This document shows, piece after piece, positions 50,967 through 59,588 of a DNA stretch of 64,000 nucleotides. The translations under genes were made by a program, and so were the position numbers. This DNA is from Eubacteriales bacterium (GTDB taxonomy: Bacteria > Bacillota > Clostridia > Oscillospirales > CAG-272): assembly GCA_045657205.1 (NCBI GenBank), contig JAZOSS010000057.1:2666-66665 (forward strand). Direction: 5' to 3'. Every line of letters starts with the position of its first letter. Position 1 is the stretch's first letter. The notes beneath the pieces are model-generated. The model did no database searches, was not told the origin of the DNA, and was given only the letters and a program-made list of their open reading frames with translations.

Positions 50967-51215
50967 TTACTCCTCATTTTTCTTCGCTGTTGTGGTCCTG
51001 CCTTTTTCGGGTACGGGATCGTAACCGCCTTTACAGAAAGGGTTACATCTCAATATCCGCCAAACACTTAAGCATAAGCCCACAAAAAAACCTCGTTTGG
51101 AAAAAGCCTCATACGCGTATTGCGAGCATGAGGGCGTGAACCGACAGCATTGCGGCTTCAGTGGTGAAATAAAGCGACGGTACAGTTTTATTATGAACAT
51201 ACAAACGTATTTCAT
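50967..51215 (-). CDS. yidD: Membrane protein insertion efficiency factor YidD
   Basis: 82 aa with [26 protein letters not shown] and [14 protein letters not shown]. Confidence 0.92.
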   Translation of the reverse strand: MKYVCMFIIKLYRRFISPLKPQCCRFTPSCSQYAYEAFSKRGFFVGLCLSVWRILRCNPFCKGGYDPVPEKGRTTTAKKNEE

Positions 51216-51587
51216 TTATATAAGTCCCGTTTTTTCAAACGCACAGACAAGATCTTTGAACACCTCGTCCGTCTTCGCTGTTGTTGCCGCCTGTCTTGCG
51301 GCGACGACGATAAGCTTCCCCGTTTTGATGTTATATAATTTTTGAGCCTTATAATAGGCTTCACGCATTACCCTTTTCGCCCTGTTGCGAGAAGGTGCCG
51401 ATCCGAGCTTCTTCGTGACGGTAAATCCGACACGGTTGATCCTCAATTTTAATGGATGCGCCCGCTGTAAGCGTGCTGCGTGATAATCGGGCAGTGTATA
51501 AACACAAACGGTATGCGTTACGGCTTTTTTGCCTTTTGCATATGTTTTTGAAAACAAATGGTTTTCTTTGATGGCGTACAGCTTCAT
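51216..51587 (-). CDS. rnpA: Ribonuclease P protein component
   Basis: 123 aa and basic, with GFTVTKKLGSAPSRNRAKRVMREAY (RNR motif). It lies downstream of rpmH. Confidence 0.9.
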   Translation of the reverse strand: MKLYAIKENHLFSKTYAKGKKAVTHTVCVYTLPDYHAARLQRAHPLKLRINRVGFTVTKKLGSAPSRNRAKRVMREAYYKAQKLYNIKTGKLIVVAARQAATTAKTDEVFKDLVCAFEKTGLI

Positions 51588-51707
51588 TTACCAAGACCTG
51601 CCTCGGTACAAATTTTTATAAAAAAAGTATTCCCCCGTTCTGAAGAACGAGGGGAGGGCTATTGACAAAGTGCCAACAGCCCCGAAAAGCAACTTTTCAA
51701 GCAAGAA

Positions 51708-51842
51708 TTAATAAGTAAGTCTTGCTCTGCCCTTAGCGCGACGACGCTTGAGGACTTTTCTGCCGTTAGCGGTTTTCATTCTTTTTCTGAAACCGTGTTC
51801 TTTTTTTCTTTGGCGTTTCTTAGGCTGATATGTTCTGAGCAT
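51708..51842 (-). CDS. rpmH: 50S ribosomal protein L34
   Basis: Hand translation of the minus strand gives [44 protein letters not shown] (44 aa), preceded by AAAGGAGG. It is too short for the ORF track. Confidence 0.95.
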   Translation of the reverse strand: MLRTYQPKKRQRKKEHGFRKRMKTANGRKVLKRRRAKGRARLTY

Positions 51843-51940
51843 TTTGGAACCTCCTTTGTAATAAGCGGAATAATTATATACAGATGCCCCGATTACAGCA
51901 CCGACATAATCAATTATTTGCCCATATAAGGCAAGCGGAT

Positions 51941-51975
51941 TTATTATAATCCAATGATGGGTGTTTTGTCAATAC
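51941..51975 (-). promoter_or_regulatory. Candidate sigma-A promoter of the rpmH operon
   Basis: On the minus strand: TTGACA, a 17/18-nt spacer, then TTATAAT. Confidence 0.5.
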
Positions 51976-52125
51976 CTATCGCCAATTTATTTTGTAAATT
52001 TTTTTTAAAAAAGAAAAATACCCTTGATTTTCCAATAAAAAATACGCATATGAGGACTTTTTTAGGCAAAACTATCTTCGGCGCAGTAAAAGACACTGCG
52101 CTTCGGAAAGGAAATCAATTTAAAA

Positions 52126-52410
52126 ATGAAAAAACTTTATTTGATATTTCTCGCTGCCGCAGTGTCGCTTTCGGTCTGCGCCTGCGGAAAAGACGAAAAA
52201 GACAGTACGACGACGAAAACGCCCGCAACAGCACCCGTAACCGACAGAGTGACCGATAAAGTGACGGATAAGGCAACGGACAGAGTTACCGAAAAAGAAA
52301 CGTCAAAGGAAAGCGATACGGTTAACGACGGAGAAGGCGGCGGTCTTCCTGAAATAGTTACCGATGCAATAAGCGATGCGCGCCACTTTTTCGATAAGGA
52401 AATGAGATAA
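52126..52410 (+). CDS. Small lipoprotein with VTD[RK] tetrapeptide repeats
   Basis: 94 aa with a signal peptide and lipobox-like LSVCAC, then VTDR-VTDK-VTDK-ATDR-VTEK repeats. Confidence 0.65.
   Translation: MKKLYLIFLAAAVSLSVCACGKDEKDSTTTKTPATAPVTDRVTDKVTDKATDRVTEKETSKESDTVNDGEGGGLPEIVTDAISDARHFFDKEMR
52237..52296. repeat. 12-bp tandem repeat x5 inside the lipoprotein CDS
   Basis: The units are GTAACCGACAGA, GTGACCGATAAA, GTGACGGATAAG, GCAACGGACAGA and GTTACCGAAAAA. Confidence 0.85.
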
Positions 52411-52415
52411 ACTCA

Positions 52416-52449
52416 AAAACCGCCCCTGCCGATCTGCAGGGGCGGTTTT
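52416..52449 (+). terminator. Rho-independent terminator
   Basis: AAAACCGCCCCTGC / GCAGGGGCGGTTTT hairpin followed by a T-run. Confidence 0.85.
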
Positions 52450-52605
52450 GTGTTACTCTTATCGGTGGAATCGCTTATATGGGTGCAAATAACATTTTCC
52501 GATACTTCGTACATATCGTTGCAAAATATACGTGCAGTGCCATGATCGTAATTCTTTACTCTTGCGTTTTTTCTTTTTGGAAATTATTTTTACATATTCG
52601 CTTCT

Positions 52606-53754
52606 TTATTTGAGTTCTGCTTTTGAAAATTTTTCATAAGCCAACTGCATAAGCGTGCGTTCCGTTTTGATATCGGCTTCGTAGGGATAGTGTTTTGCAC
52701 ATTTTTCAAATTGAGCCTTTATTTTCTCCGCTTTTTCTTCATCCTCATTACAAAGCAATGCGTATGCGTACTCCGTTCTCATAACGGTCGGGTACGTTTT
52801 CATTGATTTCATAAAGTTTTTCTCCTCTTTTGTCAGAAAAGCATCAACTGCGTCTTTTCTGTTTTCGGAAATAAGCTCTATATATAATCTGTCGCATATC
52901 ATAAGATTTTTATGAAGACCTACTATACCGCTTTCCATTTCCAAAAGGCGCTTCATAAGGGCGTCCGCTTCTTCAAAGCGGTGCTGTTCTGTATAGCGGT
53001 TTGAAGCAAAAACAGCGATGGGGGCTATCATTGTATTTTTCATCTGCTCGTCTGTGGGTACTGTGAAAAACTCCTCGGGCATATCCTTCAGGGCAACACC
53101 GTCCGATGAAAGCGAATTTATCATAAGCTGCAGCCAAAGTCCGCGCAGTGCGTCTTTATCACGTCCAAGGCTTAAAGCGTTATATCCGTCGTTTGATATA
53201 AGCGTTCCTTTAAACGGTATACCGTTTGCAAGTGCAAAGCTTATACCGATCACCGTTAAATACAGAAAAAACGGCGACAAAAACTCAATATGCGGCATAA
53301 AAAGATAGAGGCAAAGCGACACGGCGGAAAGTATAAGGTTTAAAAAAGCTCCGCCGTAATTGTATATGAAAACGGGTATTTTACCGTCTTTCATTTCAGG
53401 CGGTGTCATAAGGCACTGTCCGCCCATACCTGCTATATTTTCACGGCAAAATCTTATTTTTCCGTTCGTTTTCAGAATAACGAAGCCGAAAACATTGAAC
53501 GATTTGAACTTATATCCCGACAAAAGACCGAAAACGAGGTGTCCTGCTTCGTGTACTATCAACTGCACAGTCAATGCAAGATACATAACGGCTAAAAGCA
53601 GTATGAATTTTATAAACGAATCTTTTGCCGAAAGTCCTTCCGTTTCGGATGCCATAAGCGCACCGCACACGGCAAAAGCTATGATATAGATGAAACCGAG
53701 CAAAATATCAGCAATTTTACCCTTCTTTTTTTGTTTTTCTTTTTTCATTTCCAA
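52606..53754 (-). CDS. M50/site-2-protease-like membrane metalloprotease with a C-terminal helical domain
   Basis: 382 aa with HEAGH inside a TM helix and a second motif NGIPFKGTLISNDG (N..P......DG). The C-terminal ~190 aa are soluble, helical and repeat-like. Confidence 0.7.
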   Translation of the reverse strand: MEMKKEKQKKKGKIADILLGFIYIIAFAVCGALMASETEGLSAKDSFIKFILLLAVMYLALTVQLIVHEAGHLVFGLLSGYKFKSFNVFGFVILKTNGKIRFCRENIAGMGGQCLMTPPEMKDGKIPVFIYNYGGAFLNLILSAVSLCLYLFMPHIEFLSPFFLYLTVIGISFALANGIPFKGTLISNDGYNALSLGRDKDALRGLWLQLMINSLSSDGVALKDMPEEFFTVPTDEQMKNTMIAPIAVFASNRYTEQHRFEEADALMKRLLEMESGIVGLHKNLMICDRLYIELISENRKDAVDAFLTKEEKNFMKSMKTYPTVMRTEYAYALLCNEDEEKAEKIKAQFEKCAKHYPYEADIKTERTLMQLAYEKFSKAELK

Positions 53755-53876
53755 TTCCTTAAAAAATTATATTTATTGCATTATATACTTTTAATATTAA
53801 CATTTCAAGGTTTTAACTTGTTTTTTCGTCTTGTCTGTGATATAATCGTTACAGTAAATGTCAAGGAGTGAATATT

Positions 53877-54944
53877 TTGAAAAAAATTATTGCATTTTTA
53901 CTTATGACGTCTTTTCTCTTTACGTGCGGATGTTCGAACAATTCATCCGACACCTCGCAAAATACGGAAAAAGACACAGACAGCGAAACGATTTTCACCG
54001 AAACTTCACCGGAAACGGTAATTGAAACCGAAACAGAAAAAGGAGATGATAATATGCCAAGAGAAAACCCCGTACTTTATCAGATAGCACCCGACAAAAA
54101 TATGCTTCTCAACTGCTACGTAATAAAAACGGCAACCGGCAAGCTTATAGTCATAGACGGAGGCGGTGCGGGTTCTGATATAAACAGCGGCTATTTATAC
54201 AAAAAGCTTCAGGAAATAAGCGGCGAGAAAGAACCCGTTATCGAAGCGTGGTTTTTATCCCATATGCACGACGACCACGTAAGAGAATTTACCCTCATCG
54301 GCACGAACAAGCGCAAAAAGATGACGGTAAACAACGTCTATTTCAATTTCCCTTCAAGAGAATTTATGAATACGTCGGAGGGCGGAAAATACGCTTTTCT
54401 TTATGACGAGCTTGAACAGTCGTACGACAGATTTATGGGCAAGGGTGAATTTGCAAAGACAAACGGCAAAACCGCCTTTGAAGGGGACGTAATCGACATC
54501 GACGGTATAAAATTTGAAATACTTTTGACAGTTACCGACGAAGAAAAAGAAACGAACATCAACGACACCTCAATGATATTCAGAGTAACGATTGAAGGAC
54601 AGACCATTCTGTTTTTGGGTGATGCGTACCTTTTCCAAAGCCAAAAACTTATTGACAAATACGGTGACGACCTCAAGAGCGATATGGTGCAAATGGCGCA
54701 CCACGGGCAGAACGGCGTAACGAAGGAAGCATACGAAAAGATCTCACCGACACTTTGTTTGTGGCCTATCCCGATCTGGGTATATCAGAACGCGCAGGGC
54801 GTTTATCAGACGACCGAGGTGCGTAACTGGATGAAAGATATGGGCGTTAAGTACCACCTCGTTGCAGGAGTCGATCTTACGCAGTCGCTCACCTTCCCCG
54901 TTGATTTTTCCACCCTTGAAGAATTTGATATAGAACCGAAATAG
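53877..54944 (+). CDS. MBL-fold metallo-hydrolase lipoprotein
   Basis: Lipobox LFTCGC, metallo-beta-lactamase motif SHMHDDH, and later LGDA and AHHG. The start is set at TTG 53877, 8 nt after AAGGAG. The track GTG at 53868 overlaps the RBS. Confidence 0.75.
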   Translation: MKKIIAFLLMTSFLFTCGCSNNSSDTSQNTEKDTDSETIFTETSPETVIETETEKGDDNMPRENPVLYQIAPDKNMLLNCYVIKTATGKLIVIDGGGAGSDINSGYLYKKLQEISGEKEPVIEAWFLSHMHDDHVREFTLIGTNKRKKMTVNNVYFNFPSREFMNTSEGGKYAFLYDELEQSYDRFMGKGEFAKTNGKTAFEGDVIDIDGIKFEILLTVTDEEKETNINDTSMIFRVTIEGQTILFLGDAYLFQSQKLIDKYGDDLKSDMVQMAHHGQNGVTKEAYEKISPTLCLWPIPIWVYQNAQGVYQTTEVRNWMKDMGVKYHLVAGVDLTQSLTFPVDFSTLEEFDIEPK

Positions 54945-54948
54945 TATT

Positions 54949-54978
54949 AAAAATCCGAGTCGGCTGACTCGGATTTTT
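54949..54978. terminator. Bidirectional rho-independent terminator
   Basis: AAAATCCGAGTC-GGCT-GACTCGGATTTT between convergent genes. Confidence 0.85.
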
Positions 54979-54981
54979 GAT

Positions 54982-56916
54982 TTATTTTATAACTTTCTTT
55001 ACGTTTTCTTCTACTGCTCTTGTGAGGAATTCTTCGATCGTCATCGTGCCGATATCGCCTGCCGCTCTTTCACGGACGGCAACGGAGCCTGACTGCATTT
55101 CCTTTTCACCTATAACGAGCATATAGGGTATCTTTTCGAGCTGTGCGGCTCTTATCTTATATCCTATCTTTTCGTTACGCGTATCGCACTTTACGCGGAT
55201 GCCCGATGCGGCAAGCGTTTTTCTTACTTTTTCTGCGTATTCTGCCTGATCGTCGCCTATCGGGAGTATTCTTACCTGCTCGGGTGACAGCCACAGCGGA
55301 AGTGCGCCTGCATACTTTTCAAGCAAATAAGCGATCGTTCTTTCGTAGCAGCCGAGTGACGTTCTGTGAATGATATAAGGATACTGCTGCTGACCGTTTG
55401 AATCCGTATACGTCATATTGAACTGGCGTGCAAGCATAAGGTCTACCTGGATAGTTACGACCGTATCCTCTTTACCGTGTACGTTCTTCATCTGAACGTC
55501 GAGCTTCGGTCCGTAGAATGCCGCTTCACCGACAGCCTCGGTAAATTCGAGTCCGATATTGTTAAGGATGTTTCTCATAAGGTTTTCGGACATATCCCAT
55601 TCCTCGGGCGTACCGATATATTTTTCACGGTCGTTGGGGTCCCACTTGGAAAGGCGGTACGAAAGGTCGCCTATAAGTCCTACGTCCGTCATAACCTCTT
55701 TGAGAAGCTTTACGCAGTTTTTAAATTCTTCTTCAAGCTGGTCGGGGCGGAGTACGAGGTGTCCTTCGGAGATCGTGAACTGACGAACACGGATAAGTCC
55801 GTGCATTTCGCCCGAATCCTCGTTACGGAAAAGCGTTGACGTTTCGGCGTATCTTATGGGAAGATCCTTATACGAGTGCTTTTCTGCAAGATATACCTGG
55901 TACTGGAAGGGGCAAGTCATAGGACGGAGTGCACGCACCTCGCCTTCAGCTTCGGGATCGCCCAAAACGAACATACCGTCACGGTAATGGCCCCAGTGTC
56001 CCGATATCTTATAAAGGTCGGATTTAGCCATAAGAGGGGTTTTCGTCATAACGTAGCCGTACTCATATTCCTCTTTATCCTGAACGTAGCGGTTGAGTAT
56101 CTGGAAGAGCTTCGTTCCCTTCGGCATAAGGCAAGGAAGTCCCTGGCCTATATATTCGCTCGTTGTGAAGTAGCCAAGCTCTCTGCCTATTTTATTATGA
56201 TCGCGCTTCTTTGCTTCTTCGACTGCCGTAAGATAGTCGTTAAGTTCCTGCTTTGAGGGGAATGCAACGCCGTTTATACGCTGAAGCATCTTTTTGTTTC
56301 TGTCGTTGTCGTGGTATGCACCCGTACACTGTATAAGCTTTACAGCCTTTACAGCACCCGTTGAAAAGAGGTGCGGGCCCGTACACATATCGACGAATTC
56401 GCCCTGGCGGTAGAAGGAAAGAACAGCGTCATCGGGTAAAGAATTGATCTTTTCAACCTTATACGGCTGATCTTTCATAAGCTCAAGCGCGTCTGCACGC
56501 GAAAGAACGGAGCGTTCGATCTTGAGATTTTCTTTAATGATCTTGTTCATCTCGCCCTCTATCTGCTTGAGTATATCGGGTGTAAATGACGTTTCGCAGT
56601 CAATATCGTAGAAAAATCCGTTTTCCGTGGACGGACCTTTATCAAGCTTTGCATCGGGGAAAAGGCGGAGGACTGCCTGTGCTAAAATGTGCGATGCCGT
56701 GTGGCGGAATATAAGCTTACCTTCTTTATCGGCAAACGTGAGAAGCTGAATTTCGCAGTCTTCCTCGATAGGCTGTGTAAGCTCTGCAGGCGTGCCGTTG
56801 CAAAGTGCGGCGAACACCGTTTTGTCGATAAGTTCCGATGCTTTTGCCGCATCGTAGATCGTTACGGGAACGTCCGAGGAGAACGTCTTTCCGTTTGAAA
56901 ATTTTACGTTTATCAT
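54982..56916 (-). CDS. thrS: Threonine--tRNA ligase
   Basis: 644 aa with a TGS N-terminus, an editing-domain HTASHILAQA, class II core motifs and a C-terminal anticodon-binding domain. AAGGAGA RBS. Confidence 0.95.
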   Translation of the reverse strand: MINVKFSNGKTFSSDVPVTIYDAAKASELIDKTVFAALCNGTPAELTQPIEEDCEIQLLTFADKEGKLIFRHTASHILAQAVLRLFPDAKLDKGPSTENGFFYDIDCETSFTPDILKQIEGEMNKIIKENLKIERSVLSRADALELMKDQPYKVEKINSLPDDAVLSFYRQGEFVDMCTGPHLFSTGAVKAVKLIQCTGAYHDNDRNKKMLQRINGVAFPSKQELNDYLTAVEEAKKRDHNKIGRELGYFTTSEYIGQGLPCLMPKGTKLFQILNRYVQDKEEYEYGYVMTKTPLMAKSDLYKISGHWGHYRDGMFVLGDPEAEGEVRALRPMTCPFQYQVYLAEKHSYKDLPIRYAETSTLFRNEDSGEMHGLIRVRQFTISEGHLVLRPDQLEEEFKNCVKLLKEVMTDVGLIGDLSYRLSKWDPNDREKYIGTPEEWDMSENLMRNILNNIGLEFTEAVGEAAFYGPKLDVQMKNVHGKEDTVVTIQVDLMLARQFNMTYTDSNGQQQYPYIIHRTSLGCYERTIAYLLEKYAGALPLWLSPEQVRILPIGDDQAEYAEKVRKTLAASGIRVKCDTRNEKIGYKIRAAQLEKIPYMLVIGEKEMQSGSVAVRERAAGDIGTMTIEEFLTRAVEENVKKVIK

Positions 56917-56928
56917 TTTTTATCTCCT

Positions 56929-57489
56929 TTACTTATTCTTTTCTTTATATATGTTATAAGTGTCGGCAAATACGGAATTTAAAAATTCATCCTCCGTATA
57001 TTCCCTTAAATAATAACCGTCGCTTGTGGTAAGATACACCTTTATCGTTTCGCTGTTTCTCGGTATATCGTACTGAAATTTATTGCTTATTTTTGAAAAA
57101 GTATCAAACTCACCGTACGCATCTTCAATACATTTTCCGTTAAGTGCAACGTCTGCTTTGAGCTTGCGTTTTTTTGCATTTGACGAAAAAGATACTATTT
57201 CGTTTTTATCTGCATCAAACGAGTAAAAATATGCAATACCGTCCGTTTTTTCGTAGTCGGCTTCTTCAACCGTTACGATATATATTTCAAAAGGCACTTT
57301 CCCGTCTTCGAGCGTTTCAGTGCTTTCGTAATATTCATAATAAGAAAATATGCGTGCTGCTTTTTTTTCCGTGTACACTTGCTCCGGCGGTGCGGGAAGG
57401 GGCTTTACGAACTGTACGTACAAAAGTCCGCCCGTTAAAATAAGCACTGCCAGAATACATATCAAAAGTGGCTTTATTGCCGATTTCAT
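56929..57489 (-). CDS. Hypothetical membrane-anchored protein (first gene after the T-box leader)
   Basis: 186 aa from ATG 57489 (MKSAIKPLLICILAVLILTGGLLYV), after a GGAGATAA RBS. The track extension to 57618 translates the T-box leader and terminator. Confidence 0.65.
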   Translation of the reverse strand: MKSAIKPLLICILAVLILTGGLLYVQFVKPLPAPPEQVYTEKKAARIFSYYEYYESTETLEDGKVPFEIYIVTVEEADYEKTDGIAYFYSFDADKNEIVSFSSNAKKRKLKADVALNGKCIEDAYGEFDTFSKISNKFQYDIPRNSETIKVYLTTSDGYYLREYTEDEFLNSVFADTYNIYKEKNK

Positions 57490-57516
57490 ATTATCTCCGT
57501 TTCTGCCTTTCGGCTG

Positions 57517-57725
57517 AAAAAACAAAACGCCCCGAGGAAAATCCCTCGGGGCGGTAATTCCGCGGTTCCACCCGAATTTGTTGCTCTTTACCGTATAACG
57601 GCGGTGCCGTGCCGTCATTTCCTACGGCATTAAAGTAAAGCGGTATCCCTTTTGTTTTACCCCAAGCGCTCCTCTCAGCTATAGAGCTTCTCTGTACATG
57701 GAATATAACGGGCTTCTTTACCGAA
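57517..57725 (-). ncRNA. T-box riboswitch leader (expected tRNA-Thr; specifier not resolved)
   Basis: The minus strand shows AGAGAAG and GAGAGG bulge-like motifs and the T-box sequence AAATTCGGGTGGAACCGCGG (57561-57579). The terminator CGCCCCGAGG-GATTTT-CCTCGGGGCG plus TTTTGTTTTTT spans 57517-57553. ACG and ACC triplets lie at about 57604-57615. Confidence 0.8.
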
Positions 57726-57730
57726 AAAGA

Positions 57731-58156
57731 TTATTTTCTTTTATTGAGATTATACTGCGATCGGGGATTTACTATTTCTCTCCAATCAAGGTCGCCTCTT
57801 TCAAGGGCGCATATAAGTACCTCCGCCGTCGCTATATTCGTTGCAACGGGGACGTTGTGGATATCACAGAGTCTTATAAGATCAAACGACTCTTCCGTAT
57901 TTGCTTCGGGCTTCGTATCTCTGAAATAAAGCAAAATGTCTATTTCGTTATACGCTATACGGGATGCTATCTGCTGTTCTCCCCCGTGCTCGCCGGAAAG
58001 CAGTCTTTCTATCTGCAAACCCGTGGCGTCTGCTATATATTTACCCGTGATGCCCGTGGCACAAAGATTGTGTTTACTTAAAATTCCGCAGTACGCAATG
58101 CAGAACTGCGCCATAAGCTCTTTTTTTCTGTCGTGTGCGATAATTGCTATTTCCAT
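57731..58156 (-). CDS. mgsA: Methylglyoxal synthase
   Basis: 141 aa from ATG 58156 (MEIAIIAHDRKKELMAQF...LCATGITG) with GGEQQI, a typical MgsA pattern. Confidence 0.88.
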   Translation of the reverse strand: MEIAIIAHDRKKELMAQFCIAYCGILSKHNLCATGITGKYIADATGLQIERLLSGEHGGEQQIASRIAYNEIDILLYFRDTKPEANTEESFDLIRLCDIHNVPVATNIATAEVLICALERGDLDWREIVNPRSQYNLNKRK

Positions 58157-58197
58157 TGGAATTCCTGCCTTTCTTTGCTTATAGGCAAACTGATGGA

Positions 58198-59007
58198 TCA
58201 CACTGTCAAAACTTTTTTTCTTTTTATCTTTTTAACTCCCTTTAGTATGGGAACGTATCTTTCTCCGGTTCTTTCAGCCATCATACGCTGAGCGATGTTT
58301 TTGAAAGCTCTGTACGATATAAATTCGTCATTTGACGCAAGTATTCCGCGTTCTTGTGCGTATACTAACTTGATGTCGTAAGGAACGACACCTAAAAGCG
58401 GTACCTTTGCCGAATCTATTATATCAAGCATACCTGCACGCTTGCCGCCAACGACCGCCGAATAGTCAAAATTATTTACAATAAGGCGCGGAGATACGTT
58501 TGCATCTTCACACATACGTGCACTTTTCTGTGCTCCTCGCAAAGATGCGGGAGTGTGCGATGCTATGACCATTGCCTCATCCGATGCTTTAAGCGCGCAT
58601 TCAAGTGCAAACGAGTCAGCACCCGCCGTATCAAGAATGACATAATTAAGCTTTTCGTCCTTGGCAAGCTGTCTTAATTTTTGTGCAAATTCATCCGACG
58701 TAAATGAATCGGAAAACTCATACGGCGCACCGAGAAAATACAAATTATCCGAACGCTTATCCGTTATTTTTGCGTCTTTATACTGCCGTCTGCCCGAAAG
58801 CACATCGCATATATCGAACAATACGGAGTTTTCATATCCCATAATAAGATCGAGAGATCGCACTTCAAAGTCAAGATCGCACAAAAGCACACGGTATCCG
58901 TACAGCGAAAGCTGATATGCTACGTTTGCGGCAACAGTTGACTTACCGACTCCGCCTTTTAAGGATGTTGAAAGAATTATTTTTGGTTTGTTCATATGAT
59001 CACCCAT
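58198..59007 (-). CDS. MinD/ParA-family P-loop ATPase (divergent MinD paralog)
   Basis: Deviant Walker A SLKGGVGKST, then LLCDLD and ILDTAG. The basic C-terminal tail is KGVKKIKRKKVLTV. The start is either ATG 59007 or ATG 58995. Confidence 0.75.
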   Translation of the reverse strand: MGDHMNKPKIILSTSLKGGVGKSTVAANVAYQLSLYGYRVLLCDLDFEVRSLDLIMGYENSVLFDICDVLSGRRQYKDAKITDKRSDNLYFLGAPYEFSDSFTSDEFAQKLRQLAKDEKLNYVILDTAGADSFALECALKASDEAMVIASHTPASLRGAQKSARMCEDANVSPRLIVNNFDYSAVVGGKRAGMLDIIDSAKVPLLGVVPYDIKLVYAQERGILASNDEFISYRAFKNIAQRMMAERTGERYVPILKGVKKIKRKKVLTV

Positions 59008-59069
59008 CTTTACGTACGATTATTTTACCACATACAGACTCGTTTTGTCAATAACATTTTTTCAAAACG

Positions 59070-59387
59070 CTAAAAATCACGGTTTACGGTAAGCGCTATG
59101 AGAAGATCCGTGCTGTCATCCGCTGCCGACTTATTGTTTATAACCTTTCCGCATTTGTCACACTTATGCGTTATGACAAAGCCCTTTTTGGCATCGGGAG
59201 TTGCAAAAACGGGGCGCATAACACCCTTACAGTCTGATGCTCTGTCACCGGGGTTTATATCGAGATGAAGCGAGCATAAGCACTTAGGGCAGTGATTTCT
59301 CGACGTATAGCCGAGCGGCGGCACTTCGCTTTTGCAGTTTACGCACACAAAGCCCGAATCGTTTTTTGAAAATCGTTTAGTTTGCAT
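59070..59387 (-). CDS. RNHCP domain-containing zinc-binding protein
   Basis: 105 aa with the literal RNHCPKC motif plus CVNC and CDKC pairs. Confidence 0.75.
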   Translation of the reverse strand: MQTKRFSKNDSGFVCVNCKSEVPPLGYTSRNHCPKCLCSLHLDINPGDRASDCKGVMRPVFATPDAKKGFVITHKCDKCGKVINNKSAADDSTDLLIALTVNRDF

Positions 59388-59588
59388 AAATCAGACCCTT
59401 TTGCATTAAAATAATGTTACCTTGTTTTATTTATATCAAAGATGATCTTTAATAATTTACCGAAAATATTAATTTTTACCGAGCAGTCACCTTATTCTGT
59501 GCCGATAATACTGACGGTTCTCGGAATATTTTGTGCCGTTTTTGCTCTTGTTCTGACTCTTTCATTTATAGGAAAGCTCCGAAAATGA

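Noticed and set aside
51843-52125. oriC / DnaA-box cluster expected upstream of rpmH.
   Set aside because: I found no TTATCCACA-like box within one mismatch and no adjacent dnaA. The strand orientation of the flanking genes does not fit an origin.
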